Below, one piece after another: positions 31,131 through 41,577 of a stretch of 64,000 bases of DNA. Each line of letters opens with the position of its first letter. The stretch's first letter is position 1. Below the pieces are notes generated by a model. The model had not been told where the DNA came from. It worked only from the letters and a program-made list of their open reading frames with translations, and did no database searches. Source of the stretch: Actinomycetota bacterium. Lineage in GTDB: Bacteria; Actinomycetota; Acidimicrobiia; Spongiisociales; UBA4744. The stretch spans positions 1 through 64,000 of the forward strand of contig JAADGS010000063.1 in NCBI GenBank assembly GCA_013152275.1, read 5' to 3'. Both the position numbers and the translations under genes were made by a program.

Positions 31131-33140
31131 ATGATGCGTATCACCGACCGGCTGACGGGATTGGCGTTCGGCGGAGACTACAACCCCGAACAGTGGCCAC
31201 CCGAGGTGTGGGACGAGGACATCGCGCTCATGATCGAGGCCGCGGTGACGATGGTCACGGTCGGCGTGTTCTCGTGGGCCATGCTCGAGCCGTCACCAGG
31301 CTACGTCGACTTCGGATGGCTCGACGACATCCTCGATCGACTGCACCGCGCCGGGATCGCCGTCGACCTCGCCACCGCCACCGCCTCGCCGCCGCCGTGG
31401 CTCGTCCGAACCCATCCCGAGATCCTCCCGATCACCCGAGATGGTCTCCGCCTGTATCCGGGATCGCGCCAGACCTGGTGCCCCAGCTCTCCCGTGTATC
31501 GGGAAGCTGCCGTCACGTTGGCCGCTCGGATGGCGAAGCGGTACGGCAACCACCCTGGATTGGCGATGTGGCATGTCGGCAACGAATACGGTTGTCACAA
31601 CGCCCACTGCCACTGTCCGGTGAGCACGGTGGCCTTCCGGCGCTGGCTTGCGAAACGATACGGCTCGATCGGCGCCCTCAACGACGCATGGGGTACCACG
31701 TTCTGGAGCCAGCGATACCGTGACTTCGAGGAGATCCACACCCCACGCCTCAGCCCGACGTTCGTGAACCCCACCCAGCAGCTCGACTACGCCCGATTCT
31801 CCTCCGACGAGCTGCTCGAGTGCTTCCGGGCGGAACGAGACGTTCTCCGAGAGATCACGCCCGAGATTCCGATCACGACGAACTTCATGGTCATGCAGTT
31901 CTCCCGAAACCTGGACTACTGGCGATGGGCACCCGAAGTGGACATGGTGAGCAACGACCACTATCTCGATGCCGCCGATCCCGAAGCCCACGTCGAGCTG
32001 TCGTTCTCGGCCGATCTCACCCGCGGGCTGGCAGAGGGAAACCCGTGGCTGCTCATGGAACATTCGACCGGTGCAGTCAACTGGCAGCCGCGCAACACTC
32101 CCAAGATGCCGGGGCAGATGGCCCGAAACAGCATTGCCCACATCGCCCGCGGCTCCGAAGGAGCGATGTTCTTCCAGTGGCGGGCGTCTCGCGCCGGTAC
32201 CGAGAAGTTCCACTCGGCGATGCTGCCTCATGCCGGAACCGACTCGCGGATATGGCGAGAGGTCGTCGAACTGGGCAAACTCGTCGCGAACCTGGCGCCG
32301 ATCGCCCGCACGACGGTCGAGGCGGACGTGGCGATGGTATTCGACTGGAATGCGTGGTGGGCGACCGAGCTCGATTCACATCCCAGCACAGACGTGCGCT
32401 ACCTGGACCGGGCCCATGCCTGGTATCGCGCGCTGTGGCAACACAACATCACGTGTGACATGGTAAAGCCGGGTGAGTCCCTGGAAGGGTACCGGCTCGT
32501 CATCGTCCCTACGCTCTACCTCGCGTCCGAAGCCGCCGCCTCGGAGGTAGGCCGATTCGTGAAGTCGGGGGGAACGGCGGTCATCACCTACTTCAGCGGG
32601 ATCGTCGACGAGTCCGACCACGTTCATCCTGGCGCATACCCGGGGGCGTTTCGCCACCTCCTGGGCATACGGACCGAAGAGTTTGTTCCCCTCCGAGCCG
32701 ACCAGACGATCGACCTCGACATCGGAGGAAAGGCCGACGTCTGGGCGGAGTATGTCCATCTGGAAGGAGCAGAGGCCGTCGCCAGATTCGTGGGCACACC
32801 GCTCGACGGATGGCCGGCCGTCACGAGCCATCGATTCGGCGATGGAACGGCATGGTACGTGGCTACGCGCACCGACTCCTCCACCACCATGGCCCTGGCC
32901 CACCGGATCCTGACGGCATCGGGAATCGACACGGCCGAATACGGCTCCGACGTGGAGGTGGTCACCCGGTCGGGATCCGGTGGTCGGTTCAGATTCATCA
33001 TCAACCACGGCGCCGAGGACACCGCGATCGGCGTGGCAGGGCACGATCTCGTGACCGACCGCGCGGTCAGGCCCGCCGACACGGTCGCTGCAGGCGGCGT
33101 GGCAGTGGTGCACGAGGCGCCGGACGACGGAGACGACTGA
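31131..33140 (+). CDS. Beta-galactosidase (GH42)
   Basis: FGGDYNPEQW, WHVGNEY, TTNFM, WLLMEH, FFQWR...EKFHS. Confidence 0.93.
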   Translation: MMRITDRLTGLAFGGDYNPEQWPPEVWDEDIALMIEAAVTMVTVGVFSWAMLEPSPGYVDFGWLDDILDRLHRAGIAVDLATATASPPPWLVRTHPEILPITRDGLRLYPGSRQTWCPSSPVYREAAVTLAARMAKRYGNHPGLAMWHVGNEYGCHNAHCHCPVSTVAFRRWLAKRYGSIGALNDAWGTTFWSQRYRDFEEIHTPRLSPTFVNPTQQLDYARFSSDELLECFRAERDVLREITPEIPITTNFMVMQFSRNLDYWRWAPEVDMVSNDHYLDAADPEAHVELSFSADLTRGLAEGNPWLLMEHSTGAVNWQPRNTPKMPGQMARNSIAHIARGSEGAMFFQWRASRAGTEKFHSAMLPHAGTDSRIWREVVELGKLVANLAPIARTTVEADVAMVFDWNAWWATELDSHPSTDVRYLDRAHAWYRALWQHNITCDMVKPGESLEGYRLVIVPTLYLASEAAASEVGRFVKSGGTAVITYFSGIVDESDHVHPGAYPGAFRHLLGIRTEEFVPLRADQTIDLDIGGKADVWAEYVHLEGAEAVARFVGTPLDGWPAVTSHRFGDGTAWYVATRTDSSTTMALAHRILTASGIDTAEYGSDVEVVTRSGSGGRFRFIINHGAEDTAIGVAGHDLVTDRAVRPADTVAAGGVAVVHEAPDDGDD

Positions 33141-33937
33141 TGCTCCCACAACAACGACAAGCCTTGATCCTTGAACGTATCCGCGACTCGGGCGCGGTCC
33201 GGGTCTCCGATCTGGCCCGTGAGTTCGACGTATCAGAGATGACGGTGCGACGAGACCTCGATCTCCTCGAGGAACGCGGCCTCCTCGAGAAAGTTCACGG
33301 TGGTGCCACCCTGCTCGACGCCGGTACCGCCTTCGAGCCGTCCTTCGCCTCCAAGGCAACCCGCAACACCGCCGAGAAGCTGCACATCGGGCGGGCGGCC
33401 GCCGCGCTGGTAAGCCCGGGTCAGGCCGTTGCGTTGAGCGCCGGGACAACAACGTTCCAGGTGGCCCGCTTCCTGAGGGACGTCCCGGGCCTCACGGTCG
33501 TCACCAACTCGGTCCAGGTGGCCGAGGAGCTCCACCACAATCGAACAGGCGATCAGACCGTGATCCTCACGGGGGGCGTCCGGACACCGTCGGATGCACT
33601 CGTGGGGCCGTTCACGGTGGCAGCGCTGCGCCACATCCATGTGGACATCGTGTTCCTCGGCGTCCACGGTATGGACCTGGATGCAGGCTTCACGACGCCG
33701 AACATGCTCGAGGCCGAGGCCAATCGGGCGCTCATCCGAGCCGGCCGGCGTCTCGCCGTGGTGGCGGACCATTCGAAGTGGGGAGTCGTCGGGATAGCGA
33801 CCATGGCCGCGATCGAGGATGCCGCCGTGCTCGTCACGGACCGCGGTCTATCCCAGGATGCTCTCGGTCCGTTGCGAGAGCGCATCGACGACGTCATCGT
33901 CACCGACCCGACCACCCTCGCCACCGAGGTGTCATGA
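33140..33937 (+). CDS. DeoR/GlpR-family transcriptional regulator
   Basis: HTH FDVSEMTVRRDL, KVHGGA, AGTTT, VVTNS, ADHSK; TGATG overlap. Confidence 0.93.
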   Translation: MLPQQRQALILERIRDSGAVRVSDLAREFDVSEMTVRRDLDLLEERGLLEKVHGGATLLDAGTAFEPSFASKATRNTAEKLHIGRAAAALVSPGQAVALSAGTTTFQVARFLRDVPGLTVVTNSVQVAEELHHNRTGDQTVILTGGVRTPSDALVGPFTVAALRHIHVDIVFLGVHGMDLDAGFTTPNMLEAEANRALIRAGRRLAVVADHSKWGVVGIATMAAIEDAAVLVTDRGLSQDALGPLRERIDDVIVTDPTTLATEVS

Positions 33938-35004
33938 ACCGCACCAAGATCCTTCTCGCAGATGGGCGCGAGTTGTTCTACTACGACGAGGAGTCCGGTG
34001 TCACGCACAGACGTCGCGACCTCAGGGATCTCTCCCCGGTCGAAACGGTATCCGAGTTGCGGTGGGACCCGTTGGCATCGGAATGGATCATCCTGGCGGC
34101 CAACCGCCAGTCTCGGACGTTCCTCCCGCCGGCAGACCGATGCCCACTCGACCCGAGCCGCCCAGGACACCCCACCGAGATCCCCGATTCCTCATACGAT
34201 GTGGCCGTGTTCGAAAACCGGTTCCCCAGCCTCGTCGAACACCCCACATCGCCCGACACCCGATCCGGCGACTTCCCGATCAGGCCGGGGCTGGGCCGCT
34301 GTGAGGTAGTGAGCTTCACAAGTGACCACGAGGGATCCTTCGCCACACTGTCACCCCGGCGGGCCCGGTTGGTCATGGATGTCTGGGCCGATCGCACCAC
34401 CGAGTTGGCAACAATCCCAGGTGTCGAATACGTCTTCGTATTCGAGAATCGCGGTGAGGAGATCGGAGTCACCCTGCACCATCCCCATGGCCAGATCTAC
34501 TCCTACCCCTTCGTGCCACCGGCGATGGTGAAGATGCTCGACTCCGCACGCGTGCACCGGGAGACCATCGGCGGCGACCTCTTCGCCCGGATCATCGAGC
34601 ACGAGCGGAAGGCGCACATTCGGGTTGTCGCCGCGAACGACCACTGGGTGGCATTCGTGCCGTCGGCGGCCCGCTGGCCCATCGAGGTCCATGTGTACCC
34701 GCTCAGGAAAGTACCCGACATCCCATCGCTGGACCCGGACGAACGTTCGGCCTTCGTCGACCTGTACCTCGACCTGCTGCAACGCCTCGACCGCCTCTTC
34801 GACGCGCCCCTCCCCTACATCGCCGCCTGGTATCAGGCCCCACTCCACATCGATCGAGATCTGAGCCACCTCCATCTGCGGGTGTCCTCGATCCGCCGGG
34901 CGGACGACAAGCTCAAGTACCTCGCCGGGTCCGAGACCGCCATGGGTGCGTTCATCAACGACATCCCTCCCGAGGCCACCGCCGAGCGTATCCGGAGCGT
35001 GTGA
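33934..35004 (+). CDS. galT: Galactose-1-phosphate uridylyltransferase
   Basis: VFENRFPS, FENRG, HPHGQ active site, KLKYLAGSE. Confidence 0.95.
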   Translation: MNRTKILLADGRELFYYDEESGVTHRRRDLRDLSPVETVSELRWDPLASEWIILAANRQSRTFLPPADRCPLDPSRPGHPTEIPDSSYDVAVFENRFPSLVEHPTSPDTRSGDFPIRPGLGRCEVVSFTSDHEGSFATLSPRRARLVMDVWADRTTELATIPGVEYVFVFENRGEEIGVTLHHPHGQIYSYPFVPPAMVKMLDSARVHRETIGGDLFARIIEHERKAHIRVVAANDHWVAFVPSAARWPIEVHVYPLRKVPDIPSLDPDERSAFVDLYLDLLQRLDRLFDAPLPYIAAWYQAPLHIDRDLSHLHLRVSSIRRADDKLKYLAGSETAMGAFINDIPPEATAERIRSV

Positions 35005-36147
35005 GTGCAGCGCGTCGTCGATACATTCGAGGAGGCGTTCGGCCACCGTCCCGACGGCGTGTGGTCGGCGCCCGGACGCGTCAACCTGATCGGTGAGCAC
35101 ACCGACTACAACGATGGGCTTGCCTTGCCGTTCGCCATCCAACTTCGCACCTACGCGGCCATCGGGTTGCGACCGGACACGGAGGCAAGGGCCGTTTCGG
35201 TGCAGTCCCCCGACACGTCGGTGGCCACCGACGTGACGACAATCCGTCCCGGGACGGACCTCGGATGGGCGGGCTATGCGCTCGGAATGGCATGGAGCCT
35301 TGGTGTCGACCATGGGTTCGATGTCGCCGTCGACGGGCAGGTCCCGGTAGGTGCAGGCCTGAGCTCGTCGTCCGCACTCGAGTGCGCCGTCGGCTTGGGC
35401 CTGGCGGCACTCTCCGGCATCGAGATCGACCGGATGGATCTCGCCCGAGCCGCACAGCAGACCGAGAACCGGATCGTAGGCGCACCGACCGGCATGATGG
35501 ACCAGGTCGCATCACTGGAAGGACGAGCAGGCATGGGGATCCTGTTCGACGTGGCCGCCGGCTCCATCCGACGCGTCCCCCTGGATCTCGACGCCGCGGG
35601 ACTCGAGATCATCGTCATCGACACCCGCGTGTCGCACGCCCACGCCGCCGGCGAATACGCCACCCGTAGACGTGAATGCGAGGAGGCCGCCCGCCGGCTC
35701 GGTCGCGCCTCGCTGCGCGGGATCACCGTGAGAGAACTCGGTGCTGCCGGGCGTCGATTGGCAGACTCGACCCTGGTTCGTCGGGTGCGGCACGTCGTCA
35801 CCGAGAATGACCGCGTCCTGCGAGTTTCCGACGCTCTCACCCACAATGACTGGCCGACGGTCGGCACCGCCCTCATCGAGTCACACCACTCCCTTGCCGA
35901 CGACTTCGAGGTGAGCTGCCCGGAGCTGGACGCCGCGGTGGAAACCGCTCTCGATGCCGGAGCGATCGGGGCCCGCATGGTCGGCGGCGGGTTCGGAGGA
36001 TCGGCCATCGCTCTCATCCCCTCTTCGATCCGGCGGCATGTCACCGCCTCGGTGGCGTCACGATTCTCGAGAGAAGCATGGCCCATCCCACGAACGTTCA
36101 CCGCTCGGCCCAGCGCCGGGGCCCGTCTGGTGCGCCGATTCGGCTAG
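35005..36147 (+). CDS. galK: Galactokinase
   Basis: APGRVNLIGEHTDYN, GAGLSSS, GMMDQ, GARMVGGGFGG. Confidence 0.96.
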   Translation: MQRVVDTFEEAFGHRPDGVWSAPGRVNLIGEHTDYNDGLALPFAIQLRTYAAIGLRPDTEARAVSVQSPDTSVATDVTTIRPGTDLGWAGYALGMAWSLGVDHGFDVAVDGQVPVGAGLSSSSALECAVGLGLAALSGIEIDRMDLARAAQQTENRIVGAPTGMMDQVASLEGRAGMGILFDVAAGSIRRVPLDLDAAGLEIIVIDTRVSHAHAAGEYATRRRECEEAARRLGRASLRGITVRELGAAGRRLADSTLVRRVRHVVTENDRVLRVSDALTHNDWPTVGTALIESHHSLADDFEVSCPELDAAVETALDAGAIGARMVGGGFGGSAIALIPSSIRRHVTASVASRFSREAWPIPRTFTARPSAGARLVRRFG

Positions 36148-36284
36148 TGCCTCGACCGGCAACCGTTGCGGCGTTCTGTGGGCCGGGAACGTAGCTCGCA
36201 GCGTTCTCCGCCCCGACGCACCTGCCGGTGCGCCTTCGTTGTGCGGCCTTGCCATCGACACCCCGAACGTTGCCTGTCGAGGTA

Positions 36285-36719
36285 CTAAAGACCGAGAAAC
36301 CTTCGTCGGTCCGGGTCTGACGCCTCCGCCGATTCGTAGGCTCTCCGCACGGCGTCGCGAAACGGCTCCGCCAGAGAACGCGCCACAACGCGGGCCTGCT
36401 CCTGCGTTTGAAACGTCAAGATGTCTCCTACGAGATTGACGGCACCATAGGTTCCCAGCCCATCGATGCTGTTCCTCAGAACCTTGTAGGTCTTCGAGGC
36501 GACGGTGAGTTCGCCCGGATAGTCTTCATCTTCCGCGAACAACATGCCGATCAGCGTCCATGGAGCGATGAGGATGAGGGTGCCGATGCCTTCGACCTCG
36601 GCCGCCTCGACCACTTCGACACGAAGCCTCGAGTTCGTCGAAGGATCGCCCAAGAACACCCGCCTATGGATCCCCTCGAACGTTGCCTGGACCGAGTCGA
36701 CGAGTGATGCAAAATCCAT
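36285..36719 (-). CDS. hybE: [NiFe]-hydrogenase assembly chaperone, HybE/HupJ-like
   Basis: N.RL.VE, LIAPWTL, FQTQEQAR, C-terminal RRRFL; divergent from hydrogenase operon. Confidence 0.72.
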   Translation of the reverse strand: MDFASLVDSVQATFEGIHRRVFLGDPSTNSRLRVEVVEAAEVEGIGTLILIAPWTLIGMLFAEDEDYPGELTVASKTYKVLRNSIDGLGTYGAVNLVGDILTFQTQEQARVVARSLAEPFRDAVRRAYESAEASDPDRRRFLGL

Positions 36720-36871
36720 ATTTCGAGTCTACTTCAGCCGACGCGGCGGTCATCAAACCGCTATGTTAGTTTCCAGTGGCCCTGGTTATGAGGCTACGAG
36801 CCCGTAGCTCAGGGCCCGGCATCTCAGGTTCGACGACCGGCGATTCGTACGCCGAGAGGGAGGGGAGAACC

Positions 36872-37999
36872 ATGCCGGCCATGGAGACGCGCGAAAGAGC
36901 ACTGGGTGACCGTCTGGCGCAGTTTGGCGTAAACCGCCGAACATTTCTCAAGTACTGCGCAACCTTGACTGCCGTGCTTGCGCTCCCTGCACGCTTCACC
37001 GAACGTGTCGCACGAGCACTCGAGTCGGTGGAGAAACCATCGATCATCTGGCTCGAATTCCAAGACTGTGCAGGGGATACCGAGTCGTTTCTCCGTTCGC
37101 GCAATCCGGGAGTCGGCGATCTCATCCTCGACCTGCTCTCTGTCGACTATCACGAGACGATCATGGCGGCTGCCGGGTTTCAGGCGGAGGCGGCCAAGGA
37201 GGCCACGATCGCCAAAGGCGGCTACATCGTCGTCGTCGAAGGGTCGGTGCCGATGGGCGACGGCGGCGTCTACTGCACGATCGGTGGGAAGACCGCCATC
37301 CAGATTCTCGAGGAGGCGGCGGTCGGCGCCGCAGCGATCATCAACGTGGGTACATGCTCCGCCTACGGTGGCCTCCCCAAGGCTGCGCCCAACCCCACGC
37401 GCGCCGTCGGCGTGGCCTCGGTGGTGAGCGGAGTCCCGATCATCAACCTGCCCGGCTGTCCGGCCAATGCGGACAACATCACTGCCACACTCGTCCACTA
37501 CCTCACGTTCGGCTCGCTCCCGGCAACCGACTCGAAGGGCAGACCCCTCTTCGCGTACGGGACCCGGATACACGACGCCTGCGAACGCCGGGCACACTTC
37601 GACGCGGGCCAGTTCGTCCTCGAATGGGGCGACGCCGGGCACAAGAGGGGCTGGTGTCTCTACAAAATGGGCTGCAAAGGCCCCTCCACGTTCCACAACT
37701 GCCCCATCATCCGCTGGAACGAGGCGACGAGCTGGCCGGTCGGTTCAGGGCATGGGTGCGTCGGATGCTCCGAGCCCGACTTCTGGGACACCATGACCGA
37801 CTTCTACGTCCGGCTTCCCAAGGTCACCGGTTTCGGAGCGGAAGCCACCGCAGACAAGATCGGGCTGGGAATCGCCGCAGCCACCGCCGTCGGGTTCGGC
37901 GCCCACGGCATCGCCAAGGCGATTCAGAGACGGGCGGGTCTCGGCTCGGAAGGTCCCGCTCCCGGCTCCATGGAAGATGACACGGACGGGAGCGAATGA
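36872..37999 (+). CDS. Group 1 [NiFe]-hydrogenase small subunit
   Basis: Tat NRRTFLK, DCAGDTES, GTC, PGCP, HDAC, WCLYKMGCKGP, GHGCVGCSE, C-terminal TM anchor. Confidence 0.95.
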   Translation: MPAMETRERALGDRLAQFGVNRRTFLKYCATLTAVLALPARFTERVARALESVEKPSIIWLEFQDCAGDTESFLRSRNPGVGDLILDLLSVDYHETIMAAAGFQAEAAKEATIAKGGYIVVVEGSVPMGDGGVYCTIGGKTAIQILEEAAVGAAAIINVGTCSAYGGLPKAAPNPTRAVGVASVVSGVPIINLPGCPANADNITATLVHYLTFGSLPATDSKGRPLFAYGTRIHDACERRAHFDAGQFVLEWGDAGHKRGWCLYKMGCKGPSTFHNCPIIRWNEATSWPVGSGHGCVGCSEPDFWDTMTDFYVRLPKVTGFGAEATADKIGLGIAAATAVGFGAHGIAKAIQRRAGLGSEGPAPGSMEDDTDGSE

Positions 38000-39717
38000 T
38001 GGCAACAATCGTGGTCGATCCAATCACTCGCATCGAGGGACACCTCCGCATCGAAGCAGAGGTCGCCGATGGTGCAATCACGCAGGCCTGGTCCTCCGCG
38101 ACCATGTGGCGCGGCATCGAGACGATTCTCGAAGGCCGCGATCCTCGGGACGCCTGGTACTTCACGCAGCGCATCTGTGGCGTGTGCACGACCGTTCATG
38201 CGCTGGCATCGGTTCGTACGGTCGAGAACGCCTTGGACATCGTCCCTCCGCCCAACGCCCAGAGGATCAGGAACCTGATCGCCCTCAGCCAGTTCGTCCA
38301 GGACCATGTCGTGCACTTCTACCACTTGCACGCTCTCGACTGGGTGGACATCGTGTCTGCGCTGGATGCGGACCCACAGGCGACGGCCGAGCTGGCCGGC
38401 TCCATCTCCGACTATCCGCGCTCGAGCGTGGGCGTGTTTCGACAGGTGAAGAACAGGCTCGCCGCATTCGTCGAGGGAGGACAACTCGGTCCTTTCGCGG
38501 GAGGATACTGGGGCCACCCCGCCTACAAGCTTCCTCCCGAAGCGAACCTGATGGCAGTCAGCCACTATCTCGATGCGCTCGAGTTCCAGCGGGATTACAT
38601 CCGCATCCATGCCCTGCTTGGAGGCAAGAACCCCCACCCGCAGACGTACCTCGTGGGTGGAATGGCAACGCCCATCGATCCCGACTCGCAGGCGGCGATC
38701 AACGCAGGCTTGCTCGCAGAACTGCGCAAGCTGCTGAAACGGGGACTTGCCTTCGTCCAGCAGGCATACATCCCCGACCTGCTCGCGGTTGCGTCGTTCT
38801 ACAAGGACTGGGCTTCCATCGGCCGGGGGCTCGGGAACTACATGTCCTTCGGCGAATTCCCGACCGGGACCAACAATCCCGCGAAGGAACCGGACACGAT
38901 GTACCTGCCGCGAGGCGTGATTCTCGGCGGGGACCTCTCCCAGGTCCACCCGCTGGATCCGACCAGGATCGCCGAGTACGTAACGCACTCCTGGTACTCG
39001 TACTCTTCCGGTGACGCCACGCCTCTCGCGCCGTTCAACGGAGAGACGGTGCCCAACTTCACCGGTCCGCAGCCGCCCTACGAGTTCCTCGACACCGACT
39101 CGAAGTACTCCTGGCTGAAGGCTCCCCGGTACGACGACACCGCCATGGAGGTCGGTCCTTTGGCGCGCATGTTGGTTGCGTTCGCCTCCGGCCACACACG
39201 GGTCCAGGAGATCGTCGGATACGTCTTGGACACACTCGGTGTAGGGCCCGAAGTCCTCTTCAGCACGCTCGGACGGACGGCGGCGCGCGGCGTGGAGACA
39301 CTGCTTCTTGCGGAGCGCTCCCTGGAAGAGCTCGATCAGCTGATCGCCAACATCTCGACCGGAGATTACCGCACACATAACGGTGAGCGCTGGGACCCGA
39401 AGACATGGCCGGACGCGGCCCAGGGCTTCGGCATGCATGAAGCCCCCCGAGGCTCGCTGTCGCATTGGATCACGATCAAGGACAAGCGTATCGAGCACTA
39501 CCAGATCGTTGTTCCCTCCACGTGGAACGGAAGTCCTCGGGACGCGAAGGGAAACCCCGGTGCCTACGAGGCCGCACTCGTGGGTACTCCCGTGGCAATC
39601 GAGACCCAGCCACTGGAGATTCTGCGGACGATCCACTCCTTCGATCCTTGCATGGCATGCGCAGCACACCTGATCGACACGGACGGCAACCCCTTGGTGG
39701 AGGTGCGGGTGTCATGA
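37996..39717 (+). CDS. Group 1 [NiFe]-hydrogenase large subunit
   Basis: DPITRIEGH, L1 QRICGVCTTVH, L2 SFDPCMACAAH plus cleavable tail. Confidence 0.97.
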   Translation: MMATIVVDPITRIEGHLRIEAEVADGAITQAWSSATMWRGIETILEGRDPRDAWYFTQRICGVCTTVHALASVRTVENALDIVPPPNAQRIRNLIALSQFVQDHVVHFYHLHALDWVDIVSALDADPQATAELAGSISDYPRSSVGVFRQVKNRLAAFVEGGQLGPFAGGYWGHPAYKLPPEANLMAVSHYLDALEFQRDYIRIHALLGGKNPHPQTYLVGGMATPIDPDSQAAINAGLLAELRKLLKRGLAFVQQAYIPDLLAVASFYKDWASIGRGLGNYMSFGEFPTGTNNPAKEPDTMYLPRGVILGGDLSQVHPLDPTRIAEYVTHSWYSYSSGDATPLAPFNGETVPNFTGPQPPYEFLDTDSKYSWLKAPRYDDTAMEVGPLARMLVAFASGHTRVQEIVGYVLDTLGVGPEVLFSTLGRTAARGVETLLLAERSLEELDQLIANISTGDYRTHNGERWDPKTWPDAAQGFGMHEAPRGSLSHWITIKDKRIEHYQIVVPSTWNGSPRDAKGNPGAYEAALVGTPVAIETQPLEILRTIHSFDPCMACAAHLIDTDGNPLVEVRVS

Positions 39718-40427
39718 AGACGAAGGAAGCCCGTGTACGCGAAGTGCTCCAAGACCCGACGGTCGAGCGCACTCCGGGAATCGTGACCATCCGGGTGTGG
39801 GAACTGCCGGTACGCGTGCTGCACTGGACGGTTGTCGCCGCGGTACTGGTGCTGGCCGGCACCGGCTACTACATCGGCAACCCGTACATCCTCGTCGGCA
39901 GCGAACCAGGGTTCGTGATGGGTCTGATACGCTCCATCCACCTTGCCTCGGCGTGGGTGTTCAGTGTGGCCATCATCTGTCGCATCATCTGGTCGTTCAT
40001 CGGCAACCGGTGGTCACGCTGGGATCAACTCGTGCCTGTTCACCGCGAGCGGCGCGTCTGGCTGTGGAAGACTCTCGGGTACTACCTGTTCCTCAGGAAA
40101 GAGCCGCCCCCGGCAGCAGGGCACAACCCTTTGGCGGGAGTCACCTACCTGGTCGTCTTCGTCATGTTCGTCGTGCAGATCATCACCGGCCTTGCCCTGG
40201 CCGCATTGGCCAATCCTCAGGGGGTGCTGTGGTCGACCACCGGTTGGGTCTTCAGTCTGTTTGCGATCCAGACGGTCCGCCTCGTCCACCATCTGATCAT
40301 GTGGCTGACGATCGGCTTCGTCATCCACCACGTCTACTCGGCGGTGCTGGTCGATATCGAAGAGAAGTCGGGCTTGGTTTCATCGATCTTCACCGGCTAC
40401 AAACGACTGCCGATCGATCGCCTGTGA
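39714..40427 (+). CDS. Hydrogenase b-type cytochrome subunit
   Basis: VWELPVRVLHW, HNPLA, RLVHH, IHHVY; four TM helices. Confidence 0.92.
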   Translation: MKTKEARVREVLQDPTVERTPGIVTIRVWELPVRVLHWTVVAAVLVLAGTGYYIGNPYILVGSEPGFVMGLIRSIHLASAWVFSVAIICRIIWSFIGNRWSRWDQLVPVHRERRVWLWKTLGYYLFLRKEPPPAAGHNPLAGVTYLVVFVMFVVQIITGLALAALANPQGVLWSTTGWVFSLFAIQTVRLVHHLIMWLTIGFVIHHVYSAVLVDIEEKSGLVSSIFTGYKRLPIDRL

Positions 40428-40900
40428 CCGATCGGGCACCGATCCTGGTTCTTGGACTTGGGAATGAACTCTTCACCGACGAAGGTCTCGGCATACATGC
40501 GGCCCGCCGTATCGAGGCCATGCAGCTGCATGGTGTGGACGTGCTCGATGGCGGCACCCTGGGCATCGCCCTCCTCCCCGAGTTGGAAGGGCGCGACGCC
40601 GTGCTGATCCTGGATGCGGTGATCATGGCGGAAGGATCACCGGGCACAGTCGTCAAACTCCAGGAGAACGAACTGGACCGGCCGGTCCAGATGCTGTTCT
40701 CCGCGCATCAGTTCGGGATCGGCGAGACGATCGCCGCTGCACGCCTCGTGGGCCAGGCGCCCGCCCGCCTGACGGCCGTGGGCATGGTCCCCTTCTCCCT
40801 CGAAACCGGATACGGACTGAGCGCCGAAGCAGATGAGGCGCTCGCCGGCATGATCGAAGAGGCGTTGGGGGTCTTGACGGAATGGGGAGTCGATGCATGA
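40424..40900 (+). CDS. Hydrogenase maturation endopeptidase (HyaD-like)
   Basis: VLGLGN...DEGLG, DGGT, LDAV, SAHQ. Confidence 0.92.
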   Translation: MTDRAPILVLGLGNELFTDEGLGIHAARRIEAMQLHGVDVLDGGTLGIALLPELEGRDAVLILDAVIMAEGSPGTVVKLQENELDRPVQMLFSAHQFGIGETIAAARLVGQAPARLTAVGMVPFSLETGYGLSAEADEALAGMIEEALGVLTEWGVDA

Positions 40901-41216
40901 GCAAGGTCTGATCGCCGGCGTCGCCGCCGAAGTCGTCGAACGTGCCGGCGGCGGACGCGTGGGGCGTGTGGTCATTACCGTCGGTCCGGAGATAGACCCT
41001 CTGATCGTGACGACGGCATGGCAGTCGACGGTCATCGGAACGACGGCCGAGACGGCCGACCTCGTCGTCGAGAAGGCCCTCGATACGATGCAGTGCTTCA
41101 CGTGTGGCATCGAATACGAAGGAGCGAAGCTCGATCCGTGTCCCAAGTGCGGCCTCGACGGCCTCGTGATCCGAGCTGCTCCCGAAATCGCCCTGAAGTC
41201 CTGGAGCCCCGCATGA
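40893..41216 (+). CDS. hypA: Nickel metallochaperone HypA
   Basis: MHE N-terminus, CFTC and CPKC. Confidence 0.88.
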   Translation: MHEQGLIAGVAAEVVERAGGGRVGRVVITVGPEIDPLIVTTAWQSTVIGTTAETADLVVEKALDTMQCFTCGIEYEGAKLDPCPKCGLDGLVIRAAPEIALKSWSPA

Positions 41217-41316
41217 GGACAAAGCCGTACGACTCCCTTGGCTCACGGCGCATCAGGTGTGACGAAGACACCCAGAAACGCGATCCTTCGGACAACGGCA
41301 GGATGGAGTGGCCCAC

Positions 41317-41577
41317 ATGTGCCTAGGCGTCCCCGGCAAGGTGCTCGAAATCACCCCCAACGATACGGGGATGACCATGGGGAAAGTCAGCTTCGCAGGG
41401 ATCATCAAGGACGTTTGCCTCGCCTACATCCCCGAGGTGAAGATCGACGACTATGTGATCGTCCACGTCGGATTCGCCATCAGCAGAATCGACGAGACCG
41501 AGGCTCAGGAAGTGTTCCGGTTCCTCGACCAGATGGGTGACCTGGGCGAACTCGAGATTCCCGAGATCGGACTGTGA
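41317..41577 (+). CDS. hypC: HypC chaperone
   Basis: [16 protein letters not shown]. Confidence 0.95.
   Translation: MCLGVPGKVLEITPNDTGMTMGKVSFAGIIKDVCLAYIPEVKIDDYVIVHVGFAISRIDETEAQEVFRFLDQMGDLGELEIPEIGL

Noticed and set aside
26279..36147. ABC transporter lacking an ATPase; no galE
   Set aside because: Ordinary: actinobacterial sugar ABC systems share an MsiK-type ATPase and galE is often unlinked
37996..39717. Selenocysteine ([NiFeSe]) hydrogenase
   Set aside because: L2 motif is DPCMAC with ordinary Cys codons; no in-frame TGA
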